From Dehalococcoidia bacterium (lineage in GTDB: Bacteria > Chloroflexota > Dehalococcoidia > Plut-88900): DNA of 64,000 nt. Below are positions 1 to 9,097 of this stretch, piece by piece. Made by a program: the position numbers and the translations under genes. Each line of letters begins with the position of its first letter. Position 1 is the stretch's first letter. Location: assembly GCA_965249275.1 (NCBI GenBank), contig CBDFLQ010000007.1, positions 512,001 through 576,000 on the forward strand, in the 5' to 3' direction. Below the pieces are notes generated by a model that had not been told where the DNA came from, did no database searches, and saw only the letters and a program-made list of their open reading frames with translations.

Positions 1-137
1 AGGCTCTGAGCATGGACCTGGAAACGGCAATGCAAATGTCCGCCGCCCTCGAGACCATCACCCTCACCTCCGAGGACCACGTCGAGGGTGTAGCCGCCTT
101 CCGGGACAAGCGTAAGGCGAACTACAAGGGCCGCTAA
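1..137 (+). CDS. Enoyl-CoA hydratase/isomerase (crotonase) family protein, C-terminal fragment cut by the window edge
   Basis: Frame from position 3 reads ALSMDLETAMQMSAALETITLTSEDHVEGVAAFRDKRKANYKGR*, with the typical crotonase C-terminal SED..EGV.AF.EKR...F/YKG. motif. Confidence 0.85.
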   Translation, partial: ALSMDLETAMQMSAALETITLTSEDHVEGVAAFRDKRKANYKGR

Positions 138-140
138 GTC

Positions 141-623
141 TTGCGGATCATCGCCGCTGAAATCGAAATCGAGGCCCCTGTGTCCGTCATTTGGGACGTA
201 CTCTCAGACCTTGATTCATACGCTGATTGGAACCCCTTCCTCCCCCTTGCCTCCGGCAGCATAGTCGAAGGGGAGCGCATCGAGGTCTTCATCAAACCGC
301 CTCGGGCCAAGGGCACGACGATTACACCCCGTGTCGTCTTGGTCGAAGAGGGCAGAGGCTTCAGTTGGAGGAGCAATATCCTCTTCCCCGGCCTCTTCGA
401 CGTGGAGCACTATTTCATCATCGACCCCATAGACGACACCCGTTGCTGCTTCGTACAGGGCGAGGAGGTGTCCGGCTTCTTCGTCATCCCCATCATATGG
501 CTCATCGGCGGCGCCACCCGCCGCGGCTTTGAGAGAATGAACGAGGCCCTAAAAGCCCGTTGCGAAGCCCCCCTCAATCCTCCCCCCGAATTAGACGAAA
601 CGCCCCCAATGCCGAGCAAATAG
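141..623 (+). CDS. SRPBCC / polyketide cyclase-dehydrase family protein
   Basis: EIEIEAPVSVIWDVLSDLDSYADWNPF and F.RMNEALKARCE motifs typical of SRPBCC proteins. Confidence 0.85.
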   Translation: MRIIAAEIEIEAPVSVIWDVLSDLDSYADWNPFLPLASGSIVEGERIEVFIKPPRAKGTTITPRVVLVEEGRGFSWRSNILFPGLFDVEHYFIIDPIDDTRCCFVQGEEVSGFFVIPIIWLIGGATRRGFERMNEALKARCEAPLNPPPELDETPPMPSK

Positions 624-850
624 AGACCTTTCTAAAGAGGGTTATGTGCTGAATCCTCTCCCCTCTCCCTTGACGAGTCCCTTGCGTAACCCCGATGGGA
701 AGGGTAAGGGCGGTGTCCTATACCCTCTCCCTCGATGGGAGAGGGCTAGGGTGAGGGTGATCCGGGTTCCGAAAGGGAAGTTATGCAAAGTTCTCTTGAC
801 GGGAGAGGGCTAGGGCCGTAGGCTCGCCGAGGAGAGTGAAGGTGTTCCTA
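624..850. repeat. Cluster of REP-like palindromes (CCCTCTCCC-N5-GGGAGAGGGCTAGGG type) between convergent genes
   Basis: Intact hairpin ccctctccc-tcgat-gggagagggctagggtgagggtga at 723-760; a second copy is split by an insertion (661-669 / 801-815); gccgtaggctcgccgaggag recurs near 11187-11240. Confidence 0.7.
675..795. mobile_element. Putative 121-bp MITE with imperfect 16-bp terminal inverted repeats and a 5-bp target duplication
   Basis: gagtcccttgcgtaac (675-690) versus gttatgcaaagttctc (780-795), 12/16 inverted match; flanked by a direct repeat ttgac (670-674, 796-800). Confidence 0.6.
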
Positions 851-883
851 GGCCGCAAGGGGCACTAGTAACTAGCCGCCCCG

Positions 884-1555
884 CTAATCGTACCCCCGCT
901 CCCACGCCTCCAGTATCTCCGACGAGTCCGTCACCCACACCAGCCGTTCCATGAACTTCATCGCGTCATTGTGAAGCTCCCCCACCCGCGCCCCGACCAG
1001 GTCCCTGGGTATAACCGGGAAGAAGCCCAGCTGAGTCCCCGTCCATGCCGTCGGCAGTATGCCGACCTCCGTCGCCACGCCTGTCGAGATGAACGTTTTT
1101 ATCCCATGGCTTCGCAGTATGAGTTCGAAAGTAGAATGCACAAACGTGTTTGTGCGGTACTTGTTGATAACTATGTCGCCTTCCTGGGCCTTCAACTCGT
1201 CAATCGTCTGGCAGCCCCAGGTCCCGAGAATCGTAGGGTTGGCATACTGGTGCTTCGCTGGGTCACCGACAAGGTGCCACCGCTTGTTGACTAGCGGATC
1301 ATCATAGGCGCCCAGGTTGAGCAGGCTGGTAAAGTTGGTCTGCCAGACCCTCACTCCGTGGCTCCGAGCCTTCGCCACAAAGTCCACCAGATTACCCAGA
1401 AACCCCGACACGTCGATGCTCTCTCCAGCCTTCTTGAAGATGCCGTCATCGTGCAGAAAATCGTTCTGCATGTCGTGGACCATGACCACCGTGTGCTTGG
1501 GGTTCACCATCTCTGCTACTGACTCGAATATCTCCCGACCCTGAAAATCATGCAT
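884..1555 (-). CDS. Cysteine hydrolase / isochorismatase family protein
   Basis: VMVHDMQNDF, INKYR..TF, TGVATEVG motifs; the usual catalytic Cys appears to be replaced by Gly. Confidence 0.85.
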   Translation of the reverse strand: MHDFQGREIFESVAEMVNPKHTVVMVHDMQNDFLHDDGIFKKAGESIDVSGFLGNLVDFVAKARSHGVRVWQTNFTSLLNLGAYDDPLVNKRWHLVGDPAKHQYANPTILGTWGCQTIDELKAQEGDIVINKYRTNTFVHSTFELILRSHGIKTFISTGVATEVGILPTAWTGTQLGFFPVIPRDLVGARVGELHNDAMKFMERLVWVTDSSEILEAWERGYD

Positions 1556-1577
1556 GCCTAACCCTCCTGATTTAAGC

Positions 1578-2651
1578 TCACTCCCACCTGAAAACCCTGG
1601 TAGCCGCTATGAAGGCTATCACGAGCCATACCACCAGGCCCAACAACTCCCAGGGAATCTCCGTAAGACTCGCTCCCTGGATGGCCACTTCCCGCATCCC
1701 GTCTGCCAGGAAAGTCAGCGGCAGGTACTGGACTATGTCCTCCAGAAAGCCGGGCAGCGTGTCTGTAGGGAAGAAGACTCCCGAGAGGAACATCATAGGC
1801 AATGCGATGATGTTAGCCAACGGAGCCCCGACTTCCTCGTTCTTCGCAAACCCCGACACCACAAACCCGATCGCAATGAACAACGCCCCTCCGAGCACCG
1901 CCAGCACGAACAGATACCCTAAATTCCCCTCCACCTTCACGCCGAAGATCAGCACACTGACTCCCAGCAGCACTGCAACCTGGACTATGGAAACCAGGAG
2001 CCGGGTGAACACCTGGCCGATCAGGAAGTTGTGAGGCCTGATGGGCGTCGCATACAACCTGCGAAGCACGCCCTGCTGGCGGAACTGGATCAACGAGAAT
2101 ACAACGCTGAATATGCCCATCTGCATGATGGCCATGGATATGATGCCCGGTACCAGGAAGTCGACGTACTCAAGCCCCTTGCTATCGACGGCTTGGGCCT
2201 CGATGCTTAGCCCGCGCTCGACGCCCGCCCTGCGGAGGGTTATCTCATCCAGGACTCCCTGCACAATTCCCTGCCCGACCTGGGCCTGCTGGAACCGGTC
2301 CTCGGCATAGAAGGCCTGAACTGTAGGCGAGGCAGCAGAGTCCCCAAAGCCCGGCGGGATGACTATCACTATGTCCCGGTCCCCGTCTTCCAGGGCCTGC
2401 ATCTCCGCATCCCTCGCCCCGAGCGACAACTCGACAACCTCGGAGTCTTCCAGCACACCGGTTAGGATGGCCGCAGCCGGGGTCTCCGCCTCGTCAACGA
2501 CCCCCATGTCGACATTCGAAAAGGAGCCGAAATTGAGCAGCCCGAATATGACTATGAACATCAGGGGCAGGACAAGCGTCCAGAAGATGGCTTGACGATT
2601 GCGGTAATACATCTTCAGAGATGCAATCGTCAGGGCGAAGGTAGGGTGCAA
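1578..2651 (-). CDS. ABC-2 type transporter permease
   Basis: Hydrophobic TM segments; YVDFLVPGI and PMMFLSGVFFP motifs; adjacent to the ATPase. Confidence 0.92.
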   Translation of the reverse strand: MHPTFALTIASLKMYYRNRQAIFWTLVLPLMFIVIFGLLNFGSFSNVDMGVVDEAETPAAAILTGVLEDSEVVELSLGARDAEMQALEDGDRDIVIVIPPGFGDSAASPTVQAFYAEDRFQQAQVGQGIVQGVLDEITLRRAGVERGLSIEAQAVDSKGLEYVDFLVPGIISMAIMQMGIFSVVFSLIQFRQQGVLRRLYATPIRPHNFLIGQVFTRLLVSIVQVAVLLGVSVLIFGVKVEGNLGYLFVLAVLGGALFIAIGFVVSGFAKNEEVGAPLANIIALPMMFLSGVFFPTDTLPGFLEDIVQYLPLTFLADGMREVAIQGASLTEIPWELLGLVVWLVIAFIAATRVFRWE

Positions 2652-2652
2652 A

Positions 2653-3411
2653 CTAGTTCTCTCGCAGGCTCTTGCCGGTCAGGTTCAGGAAAACGTCCTC
2701 CAGGTTGGCCAACTTACTGGCCCTTTCCTTCCGGAAACCCGTGTCCAGGAGGCCGTCTATCATGGAGTCGGGGCTGTCCAGCGCCACTATTGACCCCTTG
2801 TCGATGATCGCAACCCTGTCACACAACTCCTCCGCCTCTTCCATGTAGTGGGTGGTCATCATGATGGTCTTGCCGTCATCCCGAAGCCGTTTGATGAGGG
2901 CCCACATATGACGGCGGGCCTGGGGATCGAGGCCCGTGGTCGGCTCGTCCAGGAACATCACCACCGGATCATTCACTAGGGCGGTGGCTAGGGAAAGGCG
3001 CTGTTTCTGCCCACCGGACAACTGCCTGTACTGTGCTTTGCCCTTGTCCAGCAGTTCCACCTTTTCCAAGATTTCCCTGGCATCGATTTTTCGGCCATAG
3101 AGGTGCCCGAACAGACTGACGAGCTCCAGTACTACTAGGTTGCTGAAGAACGCGGAAGATTGAAGCTGTACTCCGATTTTGGCTTTGACGCCCCTCGGGT
3201 CCTTGGTGACGTCTATGCCGTCTATCGTCGCCGTTCCCTCGTCAGGGCTCCTCATCCCTTCCAGGATCTCCACCGTGGTGGTCTTGCCCGCGCCGTTGGG
3301 CCCCAGCAGCCCGAATATCTCACCCCGCTCCACCTCGAAGCTCACGTCGTCCACAGCCGTCAAATCTCCATACCGTTTCGTCAGCCCCGAGGCCCGGATC
3401 ACACAATCCAT
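2653..3411 (-). CDS. ABC transporter ATP-binding protein (DrrA-like)
   Basis: Walker A GPNGAGKTT, signature LSGGQKQR, Walker B MFLDEPTTGLD. Confidence 0.95.
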   Translation of the reverse strand: MDCVIRASGLTKRYGDLTAVDDVSFEVERGEIFGLLGPNGAGKTTTVEILEGMRSPDEGTATIDGIDVTKDPRGVKAKIGVQLQSSAFFSNLVVLELVSLFGHLYGRKIDAREILEKVELLDKGKAQYRQLSGGQKQRLSLATALVNDPVVMFLDEPTTGLDPQARRHMWALIKRLRDDGKTIMMTTHYMEEAEELCDRVAIIDKGSIVALDSPDSMIDGLLDTGFRKERASKLANLEDVFLNLTGKSLREN

Positions 3412-3520
3412 GTGAAAATTCTAACACACCCCTACCTTCCGCCATTCTTGACGGCTAGCCGAATCCCACGTATTCGCTATTCCTTTGACACCCTTTTCAT
3501 GCGGCTTTTATACTCCTCCC
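3412..3520. promoter_or_regulatory. Divergent sigma70 promoters positioned for leaderless mRNAs
   Basis: Plus strand: TTGACA (3485-3490), 18 nt, TATACT (3509-3514), 6 nt before ATG 3521. Minus strand: TGnTAGAAT (hexamer 3418-3423), 6 nt before ATG 3411. Confidence 0.6.
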
Positions 3521-4654
3521 ATGACTATCGATAAACTCATCTCTGCCGACTCTCACGTGGTGGAACCCCCGGACCTCTGGGACTCCCGTATCGACGCGCC
3601 ATTCAGGGATCGCCGACCCAGGATGTATCTCGACGGCGACGTTCACCGCTGGATTGCGGATAAGGACATCAACGTCGGGTCTCTAGGCGCCCCCTCCCAG
3701 GCCGGGCGCCGATTCGAAGACCCCGACTCCCTCACCATCGAGGCCCCCTTCCAGGACACCCCCGAGGCAGCCTACAACCCTCATGCAAGGGTCAAGGCCA
3801 TGGCCGTCGACGGCGTTGTCGGGGAGGTCACCTACCCCACCATCGCCGTCCGCCTGGTCGAAACCGACATTGACTCCGACCTCATGTCCGCCTGCTTCCG
3901 TGCCATGAACGAATGGATGTCCGAGTTCTCCTCCGCATATCCCAACTCCATCAAGGGAAGCGGCGTCATCAACGTCGACGACATGGACGACGCCCTTGCC
4001 GAAATGGAACGCTGCGCTAAGCTCGGGCTGGCCAGCATTGCTATCCCCGCCTACCCCGGCGTGGGCCGCACCTACGACCTGCCCAGATATGACCGGTTCT
4101 GGGCCCTCGCCCAGGACTTGGGAATTCCGTTGGCAATGCACTCGGGGTCCTATCGCCCTGGGCCCGGGGTCATAGGCTCCTTCGCCAACGACATCTCCGT
4201 CGGCGGCACCTCGTCCTTCCGCGCCAGTGAAGACTACTGGCCCCGCCGCGCCATCGGCGACATGATGTTCTCGGGCGTCTTCGAACGCTTCCCCGGCCTT
4301 ACCATCGGAGCCGTTGAATTCGAGCTCGGCTGGGCGGCCTACTTTATCCAACAGATGGACCGCCATTACGAAGAGCATCGATACGTCAAGGAGATCCGGT
4401 ACAAGGGCAATTCACTGCCCAGCGACTTCTTCCGCCGCAACGTCTTCGTCACATTCCAGGAGGACGTCGCAGGCATCGCCACCCGACACATCGTCGGCGT
4501 CGACAACATCCTCTGGAGCTCAGACTACCCCCACACCGAGTCCACCTGGCCCAACTCCCTCCCCGTCCTCAGCAAACTGCTAGCGGACGTCCCCCAGGAC
4601 GAAGCAGAAAAGATGGCCTTCCGAAACGCGGCCCGGATTTACGGATTCGGCTAA
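3521..4654 (+). CDS. Amidohydrolase family protein (amidohydro_2)
   Basis: ISADSHVVEPPDLW, GVFERFPGL, NILWSSDYPHTESTWP; start moved to ATG 3521 based on the promoter and N-terminal motif. Confidence 0.9.
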   Translation: MTIDKLISADSHVVEPPDLWDSRIDAPFRDRRPRMYLDGDVHRWIADKDINVGSLGAPSQAGRRFEDPDSLTIEAPFQDTPEAAYNPHARVKAMAVDGVVGEVTYPTIAVRLVETDIDSDLMSACFRAMNEWMSEFSSAYPNSIKGSGVINVDDMDDALAEMERCAKLGLASIAIPAYPGVGRTYDLPRYDRFWALAQDLGIPLAMHSGSYRPGPGVIGSFANDISVGGTSSFRASEDYWPRRAIGDMMFSGVFERFPGLTIGAVEFELGWAAYFIQQMDRHYEEHRYVKEIRYKGNSLPSDFFRRNVFVTFQEDVAGIATRHIVGVDNILWSSDYPHTESTWPNSLPVLSKLLADVPQDEAEKMAFRNAARIYGFG

Positions 4655-4764
4655 ATCAGGTCCGCGGCCAGTCATCTAAGTACTCCCGCAAGACGGTCGC
4701 ACCATTTGGTCAGGCTCGGCAATATAGCCAATAATGACCGACCGGAAAGCGCAGTGAGGCAATA

Positions 4765-4935
4765 TTGACAGTCAAGAAAGACAACGCAGCACAGCCGAAT
4801 ACCGACTCCTCAGTGGATAAGCCGCAAGGAGCCCTTGCTCTGGTGGGCGCATGGCGAGAATTGCCCGACGAAGTAATTGACTCAATGATTGCGCACATCT
4901 ATAAGTCCCGGCAGACAGACATGGTGGGGCAATAA
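4765..4935 (+). CDS. Small protein (56 aa), probable orphan type II antitoxin-like; not in the ORF track
   Basis: TTG start after GAGG; MTVKKDNAAQPNTDSSVDKPQGALALVGAWRELPDEVIDSMIAHIYKSRQTDMVGQ*; the L.L.GAW......ID.....IY.SR pattern resembles VapB-type antitoxin C-termini. Confidence 0.45.
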   Translation: MTVKKDNAAQPNTDSSVDKPQGALALVGAWRELPDEVIDSMIAHIYKSRQTDMVGQ

Positions 4936-4984
4936 CCAGGACTACACCCTCCCCCCACCCCACCTATGATATCCTTACCCAACT

Positions 4985-7072
4985 ATGGGCCTTAGACTCG
5001 GCGTAGACATCGGCGGAACCTTTACTGACCTCGCCCTCGTCGACGAGGACTCCGGTCGGCAGACCACATTTAAAGTCTCCTCCACCCCCTCCGACTACTC
5101 TGCCGCCGTCGTCGATGCCATAAAAGCCCTTTCAACCGACCACGGCATTGCCCCATCCTCCCTCACATTTCTTTCCCACGCTACCACCGTAGTCACCAAT
5201 GCCATCCTGGAGTCCAAAGGCGCCCGAGCCGCCCTAATCACCACCGATGGCTTCCGAGACGTTCTCGAAATCCGACGCCAGTCCCGGGCCAAGCTCTACG
5301 ATATATTCCAACCCCCGCCACAGGTAATCATTCCCAGGCACCTGCGTCTCGAAGTCTCCGAACGTGTGGACGCCTACGGCGACATATACAAGCCACTCGA
5401 CGAGTCCGAGCTTGCCCCCATCGTCGCCTTTCTAAAGGCCCACGAGGTCAAGGCTATTGCCGTATCCCTGCTCTTCTCCTTCCTGAACCCGGTCCACGAG
5501 CAGGCTATCGGCAAGATTCTCCGCCGCGAGCTTCCAGAAGTCCGAACCTTCCTCTCCTCCGAAGTCCTCCCCGAAATGCGGGAATACGAGCGCACCAGCA
5601 CCGTCGCCGTATGCGCATATGTGGCGCCCGTCCTGGAAGGCTATCTAAACCGGCTCAACGACTTCCTGGCCACCGACGACTATCCTCCCCTCTACCTGAC
5701 AGGCTCCAGCGGCGGCGTATTCAACATCGACGAAGGTCTCCGAGTCCCCGCCATGCTCACCGAGTCGGGCCCCGCCGCCGGTGTCACAGCCAGCGTCGCC
5801 CTGGGCAATGTCCTCGGGCTAAATCAACTCATCTCCTTCGACATGGGAGGCACCACGGCCAAGGCCTCCTTGATTAACAACGGCGAGGTGAGTGTCACTA
5901 CGGAATACGAGGTCGGCGGCTCCGGTAACGTACGGCGCTGGCTCCAAGGCACCGGCTACCCCATCAAGGTTCCGGTCGTAGACCTCGCCGAGGTTTCCGC
6001 TGGTGGCGGCAGCATAGCTTGGCTTGACGACGCAGGCGGCCTGAGAGTCGGCCCACAGAGTGCAGGCGCAGCCCCGGGCCCCGCCTGCTACGGCCTCGGG
6101 GGCCAGGACCCGACGGTGACCGACGCCGATGCCGTTCTCGGCTATCTGGATCCCGGACACTTCCTCGGCGGGCGCATGCCCCTCTCCCTAGACAGCGCTT
6201 CCACAGCGATAAAGCGCATCGTTGGAGAGCCCCTGGGTCTCGACCTGATGCAGGCCGCCCAAGGCATCGTGGACATCGTCAACTCCAACATGGCCGATGC
6301 CATACGCATGATTTCCATCGAGCGTGGCCACGACCCTCGGGACTACTCCCTCGTCGCCTTCGGCGGTGCGGGCCCCGTTCACGCTGGCCGTATCGGTGAG
6401 GAGCTGGGCATCAAGAAGGTCATCATCCCTCCCAACCCCGGCGTCTTCTCCGCCATGGGTCTCGTGTGCACCGACCTGAAGCGAGACTACGTCCGCAGCC
6501 TGTACACCCTTCTCGATGCGGCGGGCGTTGATGACCGGATGCGCCAGGTGTATCGGGATATCACCGCCGAGGCCCGGGACATGCTCTCCCGGTCCGGCAT
6601 TCCAGAGGAAAACTGGCTTTTCCGCTATTACCTCGACATTCGCTACGGCAACCAGGCATACGAGCTCACGGTGCCCGTCGAGTCCTCGGAGATCGAAGAA
6701 GGCGCCCTGAGTGCTATCGCAGAACGTTACCATGCCCAGCACTTCACCACGTACGACTACAACGCCCCCGATGAACCAATCCAGTTAGTCAACATGCGGG
6801 CTTCGGCCATCGGCAAGTTCGGAGCGGACTTCATCGCCCCCCGGACCTCTTCCGCCAATGGCAGCAAGGACGTTAGCCCTAGATCTCACCGAGAGGTCTA
6901 TTTCAAGGAGTCGGGACAGACTTCATGCCCCGTATATGACAGGGGAGACCTGTCCGCGGGCGCCGAGATCGAAGGCCCGGCCGTCATACAGGAGTCCAGC
7001 TCCACCGTCATCGTATACCCGGGCCAATGGGCCGCGGCAACCGAGTTCGGGACTATCGAGATTACCGTCTAG
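4985..7072 (+). CDS. Hydantoinase/oxoprolinase family protein, subunit A
   Basis: GVDIGGTFTD, SGPAAG, FDMGGTTAKA, GPQSAGA.PGPACYG, FGGAGP.H. Confidence 0.95.
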   Translation: MGLRLGVDIGGTFTDLALVDEDSGRQTTFKVSSTPSDYSAAVVDAIKALSTDHGIAPSSLTFLSHATTVVTNAILESKGARAALITTDGFRDVLEIRRQSRAKLYDIFQPPPQVIIPRHLRLEVSERVDAYGDIYKPLDESELAPIVAFLKAHEVKAIAVSLLFSFLNPVHEQAIGKILRRELPEVRTFLSSEVLPEMREYERTSTVAVCAYVAPVLEGYLNRLNDFLATDDYPPLYLTGSSGGVFNIDEGLRVPAMLTESGPAAGVTASVALGNVLGLNQLISFDMGGTTAKASLINNGEVSVTTEYEVGGSGNVRRWLQGTGYPIKVPVVDLAEVSAGGGSIAWLDDAGGLRVGPQSAGAAPGPACYGLGGQDPTVTDADAVLGYLDPGHFLGGRMPLSLDSASTAIKRIVGEPLGLDLMQAAQGIVDIVNSNMADAIRMISIERGHDPRDYSLVAFGGAGPVHAGRIGEELGIKKVIIPPNPGVFSAMGLVCTDLKRDYVRSLYTLLDAAGVDDRMRQVYRDITAEARDMLSRSGIPEENWLFRYYLDIRYGNQAYELTVPVESSEIEEGALSAIAERYHAQHFTTYDYNAPDEPIQLVNMRASAIGKFGADFIAPRTSSANGSKDVSPRSHREVYFKESGQTSCPVYDRGDLSAGAEIEGPAVIQESSSTVIVYPGQWAAATEFGTIEITV

Positions 7073-7090
7073 GCACGAGGGACTGACGCC

Positions 7091-8836
7091 ATGATGCACC
7101 AGGACATTGATCCCATCACCTTCCAGGTTATCAAGAACAGCCTCCTGTCCGCCGCCGAGGAGATGAAAGTCGTCCTCGCCAAGACTGCCTATTCCCCTAT
7201 CTTGAAGTTAGCCGGAGATTACTCATGCGGGATCTTCGATGCCTCCGGCAACATGGTTGCCCAAGGCCCCGACATTCCCATCCACCTCGGTTCCATGCCC
7301 CTCTCCGTCAAGGCTATCCTTGCAAGAGCCAACGACATAGCCCCCGGTGACGTGTTCATCCACAACGACCCCTATTTCGGAGGATCCCATCTACCTGACG
7401 TCAACGTCATCACGCCCATCTACCTCAACGACGACCTGCTCCTCGGATTCACCTGCGTCCGTGCCCACTGGCCCGACATAGGGTCGGCCAGTCCCGGCTC
7501 CTACGGGGCTACCACCGAGATTTACGGGGAGGGGCTCCGGCTCCCCGGCGTTCGCCTATACACCCAGGGCGAGCTAAACCGGGACATCGACGACCTGATC
7601 TTCGCCAACGTCCGCACGCCCGAGGAGCGTCGAGGAGACCTACGCGCCCAAGTCGCCGCCAACCACCGCGGCTCAATCCGAGTCCAGGGCCTCGCCGAAA
7701 AGTACGGCGTAGACCTCATCCGCGAAATGATGCAGGGCATCCAAGACTACTCCGAGCGCATGATCCGACACCAGCTCGAACGCTTCGACGACGGCGAGTT
7801 CTACTACGAGGACTTCTGCGACGGCGACGGCATTCTCGGAATCGGGCAGACCGAGGACGAACCCATCAACATCCGCCTCCGAGTCAACAAAGTAGACGAC
7901 CATTTGACGGTAGACTTCACGGGCTCCGATGGCCAAGTGGACGGTCCCATGAACGCACCCCTCGCCGTCACTGCCTCCGGTGTCTACACCGCCGTCAAGA
8001 TGATCGCCGATCCCAATGATCTCATCCCCCCTAACTCCGGCGCCTGGCGCGCAATCGGCGTCAACGCCCCGGAGGGCTCAGTCGTCAACGTCCTGCCTCC
8101 TGCCCCGGTCGTCTTCGCCAACCACGAGATGACCCACCGAATCTGCGACATGGTTTTCGGGGCAGTGGCCCCCGGCTACCCCAACAACGTGCTGGCAGGT
8201 TCTCAGGGCACTTCCGCCATCCTGACCGTAGGCGGACTGCACCCCAGGACCAAGCGCCGCTACGTCAGCTACGAGACCGTGGCCGGTGGCATGGGCGCCC
8301 GGCCCAACCAGGATGGCATCAACAGCGTCAAGGTCGGCATCTCCAACACCATGAACTCGCCCGTAGAGCAGATCGAGATGCGCTTCCCGATAATGATCGA
8401 CCGCTACGAGCTCATCAACGACTCAGGCGGCCCGGGCAAGTACCGTGGCGGGCTGGGCGCAAGGCGCGTCACCCGTGTCATGGGGCATACCGCTATGGTC
8501 ACCACCTGCTGCGAACGAATGACCTCGGCGCCCTTCGGTCTACGGGGAGGGAAGCCTGGAGCGGTCAGCAGCATCCAGATGATCGATAAAGAGGGCAACA
8601 AGAGCAAAGTCGCAGGCAAGGGGCCGCCCTTCGCCATCGGCGACGGCAGCGAGATTTGGTACGACGTTGCGGGTTCCGGCGGCTACGGCAACCCCGATCA
8701 ACGGGACCCCGAGGCCCTGCGCAACGACGTTATCAACGAATACGTCTCCGAGGAATCAGCCTCCAAGGACTACGGTGCCAACCCCGAGGACATGCGCTGC
8801 CCCTACTGCGGCGCATCACAGGAACCCGCCAAGTAG
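7091..8836 (+). CDS. Hydantoinase B/oxoprolinase family protein
   Basis: P.HLGSM, HNDPYFGGSHLPD, RAHWPDIG, SGG.GKYRGGLG motifs. Confidence 0.95.
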   Translation: MMHQDIDPITFQVIKNSLLSAAEEMKVVLAKTAYSPILKLAGDYSCGIFDASGNMVAQGPDIPIHLGSMPLSVKAILARANDIAPGDVFIHNDPYFGGSHLPDVNVITPIYLNDDLLLGFTCVRAHWPDIGSASPGSYGATTEIYGEGLRLPGVRLYTQGELNRDIDDLIFANVRTPEERRGDLRAQVAANHRGSIRVQGLAEKYGVDLIREMMQGIQDYSERMIRHQLERFDDGEFYYEDFCDGDGILGIGQTEDEPINIRLRVNKVDDHLTVDFTGSDGQVDGPMNAPLAVTASGVYTAVKMIADPNDLIPPNSGAWRAIGVNAPEGSVVNVLPPAPVVFANHEMTHRICDMVFGAVAPGYPNNVLAGSQGTSAILTVGGLHPRTKRRYVSYETVAGGMGARPNQDGINSVKVGISNTMNSPVEQIEMRFPIMIDRYELINDSGGPGKYRGGLGARRVTRVMGHTAMVTTCCERMTSAPFGLRGGKPGAVSSIQMIDKEGNKSKVAGKGPPFAIGDGSEIWYDVAGSGGYGNPDQRDPEALRNDVINEYVSEESASKDYGANPEDMRCPYCGASQEPAK

Positions 8837-8849
8837 CCCAGCCAACAAA

Positions 8850-9097
8850 ATACCCTCTCCCTGTCCCCTCGTCTCCCATTTGTCCTGTCATTCCGAGGCT
8901 CCGCGAGAAATCTGGAGGGCGTCCCCCCATCCGTCATTCCGGCCGCCGAGAGCCGGAATACATTCCTGGAGGTGGGGCCGCTCACCCTGAGCACCGTCGA
9001 AGGGTCGAGCGAGGGGTGGCCCCGCATCGTCAAATCGTAGTGGTCGTCCCCAGACGGTCACACCACCCCCTAACCTCCGATTTGCCCCTGTCATTCC
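8850..9097. repeat. Composite REP-like palindrome cluster (BIME-like)
   Basis: cctgtcattccgaggctccgcgagaaatct (8884), ccgtcattccggc..gccggaat (8931), ccgctcaccctgagcaccgtcgaaggg (8978); related units recur at 10154 and 10930-11125. Confidence 0.7.
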
